From Chitinophagales bacterium (GTDB taxonomy: Bacteria > Bacteroidota > Bacteroidia > Chitinophagales > LD1): a stretch of 59,659 nt of DNA. Positions within the stretch are counted from its first letter, which is position 1. Every line of letters starts with the position of its first letter. Both the position numbers and the translations under genes were made by a program. The stretch is taken from contig JANWXI010000003.1 of NCBI GenBank assembly GCA_025057415.1, positions 1 through 59,659 of the forward strand. Direction: 5' to 3'. Under the pieces are notes generated by a model that worked only from the letters and a program-made list of their open reading frames with translations, was not told where the DNA came from and made no database searches. This document shows positions 10,226-20,192 of the stretch, in pieces.

Positions 10226-10503
10226 AACGTCTGTGCCTGCTGCACAACTACCCATGGCCAACGCCGGTGGTGAATAAAAACAAATTGTTCTTAAAAGCCG
10301 AATGGCGGGCTTGACCATACGCTATGCAGAAAACAAACCATGAAAATAAATGTCGGAAAAACACTCCAAAATCAGTTGCTTTTCTTTTCGGCTATCCTAC
10401 ACCCCACTAAGTATGGGATAAGCAAATGCATTACCGACACGGGAAATTTTTATCCGTTCAAACTTTTTTGTCGTGAGGGGGTTGCGCAACGGCTACCGAT
10501 GTT
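10226..10503 (-). other. Long attC-like imperfect inverted repeat (~278 bp)
   Basis: Arm 10226-10248 (AACGTCTGTGCCTGCTGCACAAC) matches the reverse complement of 10481-10503 (AACATCGGTAGCCGTTGCGCAAC) at 16/23 ungapped. It has AAC...GTT termini and begins ~30 bp after the YiiX stop. Confidence 0.55.
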
Positions 10504-10534
10504 GGCAGCTGGCGTTCTGTCGTCCGTTGGTCGG

Positions 10535-11215
10535 TCAGTTTGATTTTACTGTTGTTAGCAAGTCACTTTCGTATATTGCTGCTGGCGAAATAACTGTTTC
10601 GTCCATCGGAATTTTGTCGCCATAACGCTCTTTCATTTTTTTCTTAACTACTTCGTGTGTCAAATCAAAGTCACTAAGTTTTTCCAGTTTGCCAATCTCA
10701 ATTCCTGTAGCCCTTTGATAAACTTTCCAGATTAGTTCAGAGCAGTAAATTTTTTCGTCACTCCACTCAAAAGTCAGGTCGTAATTTTTACCCTTAAATT
10801 TTTGTGCTTCACGTTTCATTTTTTGAAGAATCTTGGCAGTCAAAACTTGGTCTGCGTTTTTAAGTCGTTTGATTACATAATGTCCATTCTCTCCGCGTGA
10901 AATCCATTCGTCAAGAGGTGTTGTCTTAACTGGCTGAACAGCTTCAAAAACGTAAAACTGTCCATTGTCGCTATAAATAATGCCACAGTGAGAATACTTT
11001 GATTTTGTCGCAAGTTGAATGGCTTTACTTTGTCCTGATAGTGAAGTTTGAAAAATCAAGTCACCATTTTTAATCTCATTGTTGTCAGCAAGTCGGCTAA
11101 CCTCTCTTTTTGCGTTTTCAACTCTGTGTTTTGGGTCGTAAAATTTTCTCTTGGCGTATAGTCCGCATAAAATTATCGGTCCTAAAATGCTTATGATAAT
11201 TACCGTTTTTTTCAT
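10535..11215 (-). CDS. YiiX/YebB family permuted papain-like (NlpC/P60) enzyme
   Basis: GDLIFQTS; catalytic His (YSHCGI) precedes Cys (YCSELIWK). Visibly more AT-rich than the flanks. Confidence 0.9.
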   Translation of the reverse strand: MKKTVIIISILGPIILCGLYAKRKFYDPKHRVENAKREVSRLADNNEIKNGDLIFQTSLSGQSKAIQLATKSKYSHCGIIYSDNGQFYVFEAVQPVKTTPLDEWISRGENGHYVIKRLKNADQVLTAKILQKMKREAQKFKGKNYDLTFEWSDEKIYCSELIWKVYQRATGIEIGKLEKLSDFDLTHEVVKKKMKERYGDKIPMDETVISPAAIYESDLLTTVKSN

Positions 11216-11324
11216 TGCTTTAATTTGTCTATGTAACGCTAAATTCTGTTTTTCATTATCTCTCGGAACGTTATCAGTCAGTCATGTGATATTGTTGTCA
11301 AACCGTTTCACAAAGTAAGTAAGA

Positions 11325-11430
11325 CGCTGAATTATTGTCCCCCGAAACTGAACTGAAGTAAAGAACACAACTCTCAAAAAAACAGGTCAAAGTATGCCGA
11401 AAAATCCGTCAGGGGGACAATCATTCAACG
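11325..11430. repeat. Imperfect inverted repeat (19-bp arms); possible second, decayed attC-like site
   Basis: CGCTGAATTATTGTCCCCC (11325-11343) and GGGGGACAATCATTCAACG (11412-11430) are 17/19 complementary. Confidence 0.7.
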
Positions 11431-11477
11431 ATTAATTGTTACTCCGTCAAGCTGTCCGGGAGCGGTGTCGCACGCTT

Positions 11478-11486
11478 GCTGCTAAC
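11478..11486 (-). other. attI-like crossover core at cassette 5' end (GTTAGCAGC)
   Basis: 8/9 complementary to GCTGCCAAC (10509-10501, minus) at the cassette 3' end; ~100 bp from the integrase remnant. Confidence 0.45.
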
Positions 11487-11583
11487 TCCCAAATATCCGC
11501 AATAACCATAAACCTCTTACATTCATTGCGTGAAAACTCTATAAAAATCCTGTTTACCGCCATTATACGGCCATACTGCGATT

Positions 11584-12300
11584 ATGGAAGATTTTACGCA
11601 TTTGCTGAGAAGCAAACATTACGCCCCCACTACAATCCGGACACATAGCCACACTCAGTGCGTTTTTCTTCAGACCTCCGCGGAAAGTCCTCTGCATCAG
11701 ATTTCCGTCAAAGACCTTGATTTTTTATTAACCTGGAGTAATCCATTAAAAACATCTTGCTTAATTATCAAATCAGTTTGGTGGGAACATACAGTTTCTT
11801 TTTCAAGGGGCGCATAGCAGGCCTTGCCCGTTTCGTTATTCATATCCTGACCTAAGCGAACATGCGCTTTCTGTGATTTTGTCTCTCCGGGAGGCACATA
11901 CTATGCCGGGCGCTTATCCCGCTATGAAGCACAGAGCTGTGCTTGCAACCATGTAAGGTTGCGCCTGCTGAATTCGGAACTTTTGAACATAAAAGTACGG
12001 GATATTGTTCCCCTGAAGGGGATTGTGCGGATAGAATGCAATAAAAGCAATAAGGAACGCTACGTGCCACCGCCGGGAAATCTTCTGGTGTTGTTAAGGG
12101 AGTATTACACAAATACCGTCCGATACTGGGATTGCCGCGGGCGGGGCTTAGAAGCACTGAAGTGTCGGCAACCTAAAAAGTAAACAGAGCGCGCCAATGT
12201 TCTATGAGGCGCTGTCGCCCCGCTTGCGGTAAACCGCTGTGCCTGTTTTCAGGCGTCACCGTATTATGGCGCACCGTAGTTGGCTTGACGTACTGCAGCG
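11584..12300 (+). pseudogene. Tyrosine recombinase / integron-integrase-like pseudogene
   Basis: Fragments across frames with stops: FTHLLRSKHYAPTTIRT (SAM-like N-terminus), NQFGGNIQFLF, PKR..ALSVILSLRE, MKHRAVLATM*GC, SELLNIKVRDI..GIVRI..KSNKERYVP..LLVLLREYY. A weak RHxxxxH remnant lies near 12255-12275. Confidence 0.8.
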
Positions 12301-12468
12301 GGCTGTGTTGCCGTAACGTTTCTGGTAAACCGGTTGGCTTTATTAGTTTTACAGGATGATAACTGCCATTTACACCATGCAACAACACGGCCCTGCTTGC
12401 CGTCTGATTTTTAATAAAACCCAAATTAGCTTTATATTAGTAGCTGTTTTTTCAACTACTCCGTTAAT

Positions 12469-15400
12469 ATGAGAGCTCTAAAACCCCTTTCCATTATTAT
12501 TTATCTCATACTCATTGGGACTAATACAATCCGGTTACAAGCGCAAAGCGGGCTGTGTTGCCCGTACGTGGGTTGGGACTACATCCTTCCGATAGAGTTT
12601 ACCAATCAGACGGGCGCTGCCATGAATAACCTGCAGATACCTTTTATCATAAATACCGCGACCCCCATTTCGCAGGGGAAGATGAAACCCGACGGTAGCG
12701 ATATTCGCTTTTATATAAACTGCGGGCAATACCTCGACTACTGGATTGAAGGTCCCATCAACACGGCAAACACGAAAATCTGGGTGCGGATACCTAACCT
12801 TGCCGATGGCGCCACCGTGACCATATACATGAAATACGGAAATCCTACGGCTGCGGCCGTAAGTAATCAAACAGCGCTCTTCCCCAACGTAGTGAACGTA
12901 ACCGGCAACATATCTGGTGTTATTACAGCCGATTGGATAAACGTAACAGGTAATGTGACCATGAATGCGGGGCAACCCGCTGTGCTAAACGCCCGCAAGA
13001 TTGTGTTCAATGCGAATTTTAACGGAGCGGCTCTCGGGTACGGTCCCCAATCAGGACCGGGAGCGGGTATTAACGGCAATGGTAGTGTAGGCGGGAGCGG
13101 GGGAAGTTACGGAGGCATGGGTGGAAGCGGAGGCGGTGCAGCGCCGGTGCCTTACGGTACGCCCAATGGTCCCGACATTGACATGGGAAGCGGAGGGGGC
13201 GGCAGTGATTGCGGCGCCACAGCCAGTGGCGGAGGAGCTATTACGCTGCGTGGAGCCGATGTAGTGGTGGATGGCAGCATCAACGTGCGCGGCGGAGACG
13301 ATCAGTATTCCTATCCCGGCACAGAGTGTTGTTGCGGACCCGTATCTGAAGCTGCCGGGGGTGGTGCTGGAGGCGGCGTACTCATTGAAGCAGACCATAT
13401 TTCGGGTAGCGCCACCATCAACGCCTCGGGCGGTAACGGGGGCAACAGTGATGACAAAGAAAGCGGTGGGGGCGGAGGAGGAGGGCGCGTTAAATTTCGC
13501 TGGTGCCAGAGCATCAGTTTCAATGGCAACGTAAATGTGAGCGGCGGTTTGCGCGGGCCTTCATTCGGGCAGGGCGGCTCACAAAACGGGCAACCAGGCA
13601 CCAACACCCAGCCGCAAACCACGTGTTACACTATCAACATCTTGCCCGAACAACCCGTGAGTATCCCCACGGCTTCGTTTACCTTTACCAGCGCCTGCCT
13701 GGGAGGCGCTACCAATTTCACCAATACTTCCACTTCTGCGCCTGTATCAACTAATCTCACCAGTAACTGGAACTTCGGTGACGGAACTACCTCTACCCAA
13801 ACCTCTCCAACAAAAACATACGCTGCCGCCAGCACCTATACCGTAACGCTCACAGTTACTTCACAAACCGGCTGCACTTCAACTGCCACACAACAGGTAA
13901 GCGTGGCGGCAAATCCGGTGGCTAACTTTACCGCTAATACGCCCTGCGAAAATAACCCCGTGCAATTTACCGATGCTTCGAGCGGAAGCCCAACCCAGTG
14001 GTCGTGGAATTTTGGCGGAGGAAACACATCCAATCTGCAAAACCCCTCCTTCACCTTTACGGGGCACGGTTCCTTTCCGGTTACGCTAACCGTGAGCAAT
14101 GCAGGTGGCTGCAGCGCTTCTGTAACGAAAAACGTAACAGTAAATCCCGGAGTAACGGCTGCATTTTCTTTCAGCAATGCCTGCGAAGGTACAGCCGTAA
14201 CATTTACCAATTCTTCCAGCGCTTCTGCGGGGAGCATCTCATCGTATCAGTGGAATTTTGGCAACGGACAAACCTCTGGCGTTGCATCTCCCACACATAC
14301 TTACAATTTGCCGGGCGCCTATCCGGTGCGTCTGGTAGTGCAGAGCAGCAATGGCTGTACCGATACACTCGTTCAATCTGTAGAAATTTTTCCCAAGCCC
14401 AATGCATCGTTTACCGTAAGCCCCGTGTGCAACGGGGAAGTATCCCAATTTAACGATGCCTCCACGGTGAGCAGCGGTGTCATTTCGCAATGGAACTGGA
14501 ACTTTGGCGGAGGCGCCACTTCTACGCTACAGAACCCTACTCATCAATTCGGGGGAGCAGGAAGTTACCCGGTAACCCTGATTGTCAGCACCGGAAATTG
14601 CAGCGATACGGTAACGCAACAAGCCGTGGTGCATCCCGCGCCTGTGGTCAACTTTCAGGCGCCTCCCGTGTGCCTGCCTTCGCCCGCACAGTTCACCAAT
14701 CAATCATCTGTGGCATCCGGCTCTATTACTCAGTACAACTGGGATTTCGGTGATGGGAATACTTCTACGCAACAGTCGCCCTCGCATACGTATGCGGGTT
14801 TTGGTACATATAATGTAACGCTCACAGTTACCACCAATAACGGGTGCAGTGAGAGCATCACCAAACCTGTTCAGGTTAATGCCAAGCCCGTAGCGGCATT
14901 TTCTGCCACGGCTGTTTGTTTAAATCAACCAACCGTGTTTACCGATGCATCTAACTCACCCGGCAGTAACATACAGAATTACCAGTGGAATTTCGGCAAC
15001 GGTCAATCGTCAAACCAAAGTAACCCCTCACACACCTATTCACAACCCGGTAATTATACTGTAACGCTCACTGTGACCGACCAAAACGGCTGTACAGATG
15101 ATACATCTGTAAGTGTAACGGTGCACCCACTGCCGGCAGTGAGTTTTGCAGCCAACGCGGTGTGTGTGGGTGAAACCACGTTGTTTACCAACAATAGTTC
15201 AATCGCATCGGGTACCATTACGGGTTATCAATGGAACTTTGGCGATGGCTCAGCGGGCTCTACACAGTCATCGCCCTCGCATACCTATAACGCAGCCGGT
15301 TCGTACAACGTAACGCTTGTTGCCACGAGTGATAACGGCTGCACTGCATCTGCCACGCAAAGCGTAACCGTTAACGATAACCCTCAGGTGGTTGTCACCG

Positions 15401-16119
15401 GAAGCGAAATTTGCTATGGAGCAAGCAACGGCACTGTCAGTGCCAGCGCTACGGGCGGAAGCGGTTCGTACAATTACAACTGGAGCAACGCAGCGCAGGG
15501 TGCCACCATCAGCAATCTCAGTGCTGGTACTTACACAGTTACCGTAACCGATGCCAACGGATGCACAGCTACCGGCTCGGCTACCGTAACGCAGCCCTCC
15601 ACTCCTTTTGAAGTATCATCTGAAAAAGAGGTTTATGAAATATTAGCGGGCCAGTTTACACCTGTTACTTTAAACTCCAACTACAACCCGGTAGTGTGGA
15701 CGGTGTATCCGCCGCAAGGCATTAGTTGTAATACTTGTGCGCAGTTTGAGGCGTATCCGCTCAAGACCATTACCTATACCGTAACCGCTACCGATGATAA
15801 AGGTTGTACAGCTTCCACAGCGTTTGTGGTGAAAGTAAAAGAGGATTTCCCGACCTTTATACCCAACGTGTTTACGCCCAACGCTGATGGGGCTAATGAC
15901 GTGTTTAAGGTTTACACCACCGCAGTGAAATATTTTCAACTGCGGATATTTAATCGCAGCGGGGAAAAGGTGTTTGAGACCTTTGATGTAAACGACGGTT
16001 GGGATGGCAACTATCGCCAAGCGCCCGCTCCGCCCGGGGTGTATGTATATGAAGCCGTCATTACCCACCTGAACAACGTTACCGAAAAACGCAAGGGGAG
16101 TGTAACCCTTATGCGCTGA
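12469..16119 (+). CDS. DUF2341 + Gly-rich + 7x PKD + SprB-repeat surface protein with T9SS type B CTD
   Basis: DGSDIRF..LDYWIE..KIWVRIP (DUF2341-like); seven W(N/D)FGxG PKD units; CTD FIPNVFTPNADGANDVF...IFNRSG...GWDG...KGSVTLMR. Confidence 0.88.
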   Translation: MRALKPLSIIIYLILIGTNTIRLQAQSGLCCPYVGWDYILPIEFTNQTGAAMNNLQIPFIINTATPISQGKMKPDGSDIRFYINCGQYLDYWIEGPINTANTKIWVRIPNLADGATVTIYMKYGNPTAAAVSNQTALFPNVVNVTGNISGVITADWINVTGNVTMNAGQPAVLNARKIVFNANFNGAALGYGPQSGPGAGINGNGSVGGSGGSYGGMGGSGGGAAPVPYGTPNGPDIDMGSGGGGSDCGATASGGGAITLRGADVVVDGSINVRGGDDQYSYPGTECCCGPVSEAAGGGAGGGVLIEADHISGSATINASGGNGGNSDDKESGGGGGGGRVKFRWCQSISFNGNVNVSGGLRGPSFGQGGSQNGQPGTNTQPQTTCYTINILPEQPVSIPTASFTFTSACLGGATNFTNTSTSAPVSTNLTSNWNFGDGTTSTQTSPTKTYAAASTYTVTLTVTSQTGCTSTATQQVSVAANPVANFTANTPCENNPVQFTDASSGSPTQWSWNFGGGNTSNLQNPSFTFTGHGSFPVTLTVSNAGGCSASVTKNVTVNPGVTAAFSFSNACEGTAVTFTNSSSASAGSISSYQWNFGNGQTSGVASPTHTYNLPGAYPVRLVVQSSNGCTDTLVQSVEIFPKPNASFTVSPVCNGEVSQFNDASTVSSGVISQWNWNFGGGATSTLQNPTHQFGGAGSYPVTLIVSTGNCSDTVTQQAVVHPAPVVNFQAPPVCLPSPAQFTNQSSVASGSITQYNWDFGDGNTSTQQSPSHTYAGFGTYNVTLTVTTNNGCSESITKPVQVNAKPVAAFSATAVCLNQPTVFTDASNSPGSNIQNYQWNFGNGQSSNQSNPSHTYSQPGNYTVTLTVTDQNGCTDDTSVSVTVHPLPAVSFAANAVCVGETTLFTNNSSIASGTITGYQWNFGDGSAGSTQSSPSHTYNAAGSYNVTLVATSDNGCTASATQSVTVNDNPQVVVTGSEICYGASNGTVSASATGGSGSYNYNWSNAAQGATISNLSAGTYTVTVTDANGCTATGSATVTQPSTPFEVSSEKEVYEILAGQFTPVTLNSNYNPVVWTVYPPQGISCNTCAQFEAYPLKTITYTVTATDDKGCTASTAFVVKVKEDFPTFIPNVFTPNADGANDVFKVYTTAVKYFQLRIFNRSGEKVFETFDVNDGWDGNYRQAPAPPGVYVYEAVITHLNNVTEKRKGSVTLMR

Positions 16120-16252
16120 TAATTTTCTCTACTGCTATCAAACATCTTTACCGCGACAGATGATTTAATTCAATGCGCCGGCTAATCTGCATCATGCCGG
16201 GGCAGTGAACAGTTAGCTTGCTTTGCCGGTATAAAATACCAAAAACATTTCT

Positions 16253-16675
16253 ATGAAAAAAAGAGAGCCGGTAAGTAAGATTATGACAGAAACCGTAATT
16301 ACGGTTGATAAAGACCGCAATAATCTACGCGATGTGAAAGATATTTTTCGCAGAGAGCGGGTGCGACATATCCCCGTTACATCGCACGGAAAGCTGGTGG
16401 GGATTATCAGTAAAAACGACATCAACCGATTAAGTTTTGGTGCGCTGTTTGAAAATCAGGCTGATGCCGATGAAGCTGTTCTGGACATGCTCACCATTGA
16501 CCAGGTGATGACGCATCGCCCCACGGTTGTATCGCCCGACACACTCATTCGCGAAGTGGCGGAGATATTTGCCAACAGCGACTTTCACTCATTGCCCGTT
16601 GCGGATGGTGATAGGTTGGTGGGTATAGTTACTACAACTGATGTTATTCGTTACATGCTGCAGCAATACGAGTGA
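16253..16675 (+). CDS. CBS domain pair protein
   Basis: VSKIMT...HIPV..GKLVGII and DQVMT...SLPV..LVGIVTTTD. Confidence 0.9.
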   Translation: MKKREPVSKIMTETVITVDKDRNNLRDVKDIFRRERVRHIPVTSHGKLVGIISKNDINRLSFGALFENQADADEAVLDMLTIDQVMTHRPTVVSPDTLIREVAEIFANSDFHSLPVADGDRLVGIVTTTDVIRYMLQQYE

Positions 16676-16835
16676 AGACAGCTCACGGCACATGTGATGA
16701 ATAAAAATCAGATGCAAGGCAGATGGTGAACAAACAAAGGTTTTAATTAAACCATATACAAATGCCAAGATTTTGCGAAGCTTGTAGTGTTGCCTTGTTT
16801 TGGATATGTGGTTAGGGGTGGTAAAGTAGTATTTG

Positions 16836-16860
16836 CTGCGCCCGCCTGCGGCGGGCGCAG
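16836..16860. repeat. GC-rich accessory hairpin next to repeat copy 3
   Basis: CTGCGCCCGCC-TGC-GGCGGGCGCAG, a perfect 11-bp stem. Confidence 0.75.
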
Positions 16861-16914
16861 TACGACAGTTTTTATCCCATCAACAGAACGTGAGGTTGTA
16901 TAATAGCGTTGCGC

Positions 16915-17070
16915 CGGGTGAGGGATGCGAAGGGCGCCCGCCTGTGGCGGGCGGCACTGCCTTGCGGCACGAAGGGACGCAAGGATTGCCGGAGCGAAGC
17001 GAAGCCCGAAAGCAGCCCGACCCCGCATCGCCCCGTGAGGAACGAGCGGGGCGATGCGGGGACACCCCCC
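16915..17070 (-). repeat. Structured dispersed repeat, copy 3
   Basis: Minus strand: GGGGGGTGT-CCCCGCATCGCCCCG-CTCGTTCCTCA-CGGGGCGATGCGGGG-TCGGGCT...CATCCCTCACCCG. Confidence 0.88.
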
Positions 17071-17201
17071 AATACTCCATATACTCAACAGATTATCAGG
17101 CGGTCTGTGGTTTTTCGTGCGTAACCGTTAAAAAAAACTAACTTCGCCCGCTCTATTGAAATGGCAGGTTAATATTTGCCGCCCGAAAAAACGTATCTGC
17201 G

Positions 17202-19274
17202 ATGAAAAAAACAGCCATTGTTTTGTTTGCAATTTTCAGCGTATTATTTCTCTCTGCTCAAAAGAACACTAAGCCGGTTGCCGGTTCGCCCAATGAACCG
17301 ATAAAAATTACCCCGACAAAGCCGCCCGTCAACACAAGTCCGGTGCAAGTGGAGGTGGAAGTTAAAACCGACCAACGCACGCTTTTTACCATTGGCGGAG
17401 ATAAGGTTACGGTACATGAGTTTGAGAGCGTTTATACAAAAAATAACATCAACAACCAGAGCGATTTCAGCGAAAAAAGTTTGCGCGATTATCTGACGCT
17501 GTATCAGAACTTTCGCCTGAAAGTGAAGGAAGCCGAAGCGATGAAACTGGATACGATTACCTCGCTGAAAAATGAGCTGGAGGGCTACCGCAAACAGTTG
17601 GCGAAGAATTATCTGACCGACCGGGAGATTTCTGAAAAACTTATTCAGGAGGCATACGAACGCTCACTGTATGAGATTAACGCCAGCCACATACTGGTGC
17701 GCTGCGATGAGAACGCCAACCCTGCCGACACGATGGCGGCTTACAAAAAAATTATGGCGCTGCGCAAACGCATCGAGAAGGGTGAACCATTTGAAAAGGT
17801 TGCGAAGGAGAGTTCTGAAGACCCGTCTGCCAAGACCAACAATGGGAACATCGGGTGGTTTTCGGTATTTGGTACTATCTATCCGTTTGAGAGCGCCGCG
17901 TATTCGCTTAAAGTGGGGGAACTTAGCCAGCCGGTGCGCACGGAGTACGGTTATCATTTGGTACGTGTAAACGAGCGGCGCAATGCCCGCGGTCAGATGC
18001 GGGTGGGGCACCTTTTGGTACGTATTCCGGAAAACGCCACCGAGCAGCAAAAACAGGATGCCAAACGCAAAATTGACTCCGTACACGCACTGCTTGTAAA
18101 GGGGTCTATTGATTGGGAAACGGCTGTGCGGGAGTTTTCGGAAGACCGCGCCACCCGTACCAAAGGAGGAGAACTGCCCTGGTTTGGCAGCGGAGCGCCC
18201 AACCGCTACCCTGTGGAGTTTGAAGATGCCGCCTTTTCATTAACCAGCGACAGCGCCATCAGCAAGCCGGTGGCTACGCAGTTTGGATGGCACATCATTC
18301 GCAGATTTGAAAAACGCCCGGTGCCTTCGTTTAATGAAGCCAAAGCAGACATCAAGCGAAAAGTAGAACGCGACAGCCGCTCGCAAGTTGCCAAGAACGT
18401 GCTCATAGAACGCATCAAACGCGAAAACAATTTTGTGATTTACCCCGAAGTTAAGAGCCAATTGGCAGCCCGCATAGATACCAACCTGCAGAAAGGCAAC
18501 TGGCGGGCTGACTCAACGCTGCGCAGCAATGTACCAATGTTTACACTGGCGGGCAAGTCATACACCGTAAATGATTTTATTGATTACATGGAAAAAAACG
18601 CCAAGCGCCGCAACGATAAGAACAAAGATGCCCTCATCAACGAGTACTTTGAGAATTTTGTAAATGCAAAATGCCTGGAGTACGAAGAAAGTCAACTGGA
18701 AAACAAAAAACCCGAGTTTAAGGCGCTGATGAAGGAATACCGCGACGGGATTTTACTTTTTGAACTGATGGAGCGCATGGTGTGGGGCAAAGCGGTAAAA
18801 GATACGGCAGGGTTAGAGGAGTTTCGCAAAAAGAACGAAACAAAATATATGTGGGGCGAACGCGCAGATGTAGCTATTTTTAATTGTACCGACAAGAAAA
18901 TAGCCGATGCCGCCCGAAAACTCGCGCTGAAAAATAAGCCCGTGGCAGACATTACCGCCAAACTGAACAAAGAAGGCGCAAAAAGTAAAGTATCGGTTAT
19001 AGAGGGCAAATACGAAAAAGGACAGTATGATGTGGTGGACAAATTAGAGTGGAAGCCCGCCGTAACACCCGTAGAAAAACTGAGCGACAGTTCGTATCGC
19101 TTTGTATGGATTAAACGCATAGTGGGACCCGAGCCGAAAACTTTGAAAGAGGCAAAGGGGTTTATCGTATCGGACTATCAGGAATATTTGGAAAAAACGT
19201 GGCTGGCTGACCTGCGCAAAAAGTATCCGATAACGGTAAACGAAGATGTGTTGCGCTCGCTCATCCGCAAATAA
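17202..19274 (+). CDS. Periplasmic peptidyl-prolyl isomerase (SurA/parvulin family, two PPIC domains)
   Basis: INASHILV..FEKVAKESSEDPSA..YGYHLV; second domain VGHLLV..GGELPWF..FGWHII; signal peptide. Confidence 0.9.
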   Translation: MKKTAIVLFAIFSVLFLSAQKNTKPVAGSPNEPIKITPTKPPVNTSPVQVEVEVKTDQRTLFTIGGDKVTVHEFESVYTKNNINNQSDFSEKSLRDYLTLYQNFRLKVKEAEAMKLDTITSLKNELEGYRKQLAKNYLTDREISEKLIQEAYERSLYEINASHILVRCDENANPADTMAAYKKIMALRKRIEKGEPFEKVAKESSEDPSAKTNNGNIGWFSVFGTIYPFESAAYSLKVGELSQPVRTEYGYHLVRVNERRNARGQMRVGHLLVRIPENATEQQKQDAKRKIDSVHALLVKGSIDWETAVREFSEDRATRTKGGELPWFGSGAPNRYPVEFEDAAFSLTSDSAISKPVATQFGWHIIRRFEKRPVPSFNEAKADIKRKVERDSRSQVAKNVLIERIKRENNFVIYPEVKSQLAARIDTNLQKGNWRADSTLRSNVPMFTLAGKSYTVNDFIDYMEKNAKRRNDKNKDALINEYFENFVNAKCLEYEESQLENKKPEFKALMKEYRDGILLFELMERMVWGKAVKDTAGLEEFRKKNETKYMWGERADVAIFNCTDKKIADAARKLALKNKPVADITAKLNKEGAKSKVSVIEGKYEKGQYDVVDKLEWKPAVTPVEKLSDSSYRFVWIKRIVGPEPKTLKEAKGFIVSDYQEYLEKTWLADLRKKYPITVNEDVLRSLIRK

Positions 19275-19340
19275 ACCATTTTCACTTCACCCAAATTCAT
19301 GGCACATTTGCCACGCGGCAGTTACCGGCTTTTCATACCC

Positions 19341-20192
19341 ATGCGCCCTTGTGTGTTGTTATTGTTTACCATGGCTGCTTCTTGTACGTTTTTTCAGCGG
19401 AAAGGCGTAAAGGACGGTGACGCCATTGCCCGCGTAGGAAATGAATATCTGTATGCCAGCGACCTGGAAAACGTAACCCGTCATCTGCACGGTGCCGACA
19501 GCATTGCCGCGCTGAAGCAATATGCCGAAAACTGGGTGCGCAGGAGGTTGCTGCTGCAGAAAGCAAAAGAATATATACCGGAAGATGAGGCGGGCATTAC
19601 GCGAAAGCTGCAGGAGTATCGCGAAGCCCTGCTGCTGTATGAATACGAGCGCGAGTACATAACGCAAAAATTAGATACGGCAGTAACTGAGCAGGAACTG
19701 CAGGATTGGTACGAGCGCCTGAAAGGAGATTTTGAGCTGGAAAAAGACGTGTATCGTGTAAACTTTGTGCGACTGAAGCCCGATGCTCCTGACCGGGAGC
19801 AGTTCAAGTTGTGGTTGCTGCACGCCAAAACGCAGGAAGATACACTTAAACTCAACGGATATTGCCGGGAGCTCAGCAGCGGATATAATATCAGCGAAGG
19901 TCTCTGGTACGAAGAAGACAAGTTGTTGCAGTTGTTTCCGCTCAGCAAGTTTGAGTTGCAGCAACTTGCCGCCAACAGGAAGTATCAGGAGTTTCAGCGC
20001 AACGACCTGCTGCTGTATATGCGAGTGAATGAGGTATTGCGCAAAGGAGAGCCGGCGCCGCTCGATTTCATAAAAGACAATCTGATTAAGGCCATTCTGG
20101 AAAAACGAAAACTGAAAATGCTGGACAAGGCATACGAGCGCATTTACCGGGAGGGCTTAGAAAAAAAAGAAGCCGAAATACTCTTGCCATGA
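19341..20192 (+). CDS. SurA-cluster lipoprotein (non-catalytic PPIase-like)
   Basis: Lipobox AASC and IARVGNEYLYASDL; usual position between the two PPIase genes. Alternative start at 19299. Confidence 0.7.
   Translation: MRPCVLLLFTMAASCTFFQRKGVKDGDAIARVGNEYLYASDLENVTRHLHGADSIAALKQYAENWVRRRLLLQKAKEYIPEDEAGITRKLQEYREALLLYEYEREYITQKLDTAVTEQELQDWYERLKGDFELEKDVYRVNFVRLKPDAPDREQFKLWLLHAKTQEDTLKLNGYCRELSSGYNISEGLWYEEDKLLQLFPLSKFELQQLAANRKYQEFQRNDLLLYMRVNEVLRKGEPAPLDFIKDNLIKAILEKRKLKMLDKAYERIYREGLEKKEAEILLP

Larger units (their letters stand above)
10226..12300. mobile_element. Decayed integron-like island (integrase pseudogene + attI-like site + one gene cassette)
   Basis: Divergent integrase remnant, GTTAGCAGC at the cassette start, AT-rich cassette gene and a downstream attC-like inverted repeat. 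Confidence 0.55.

Noticed and set aside
10257-10270. Alternative attC end at GCCAACGCCGGTGG
   Set aside because: Shorter match (11/14) than the 23-nt arm at 10226-10248; kept only as a weaker alternative.
13670-15380. Repeated sequence in the PKD gene as a DNA-level repeat element
   Set aside because: Explained by tandem PKD protein domains with diverged codons.
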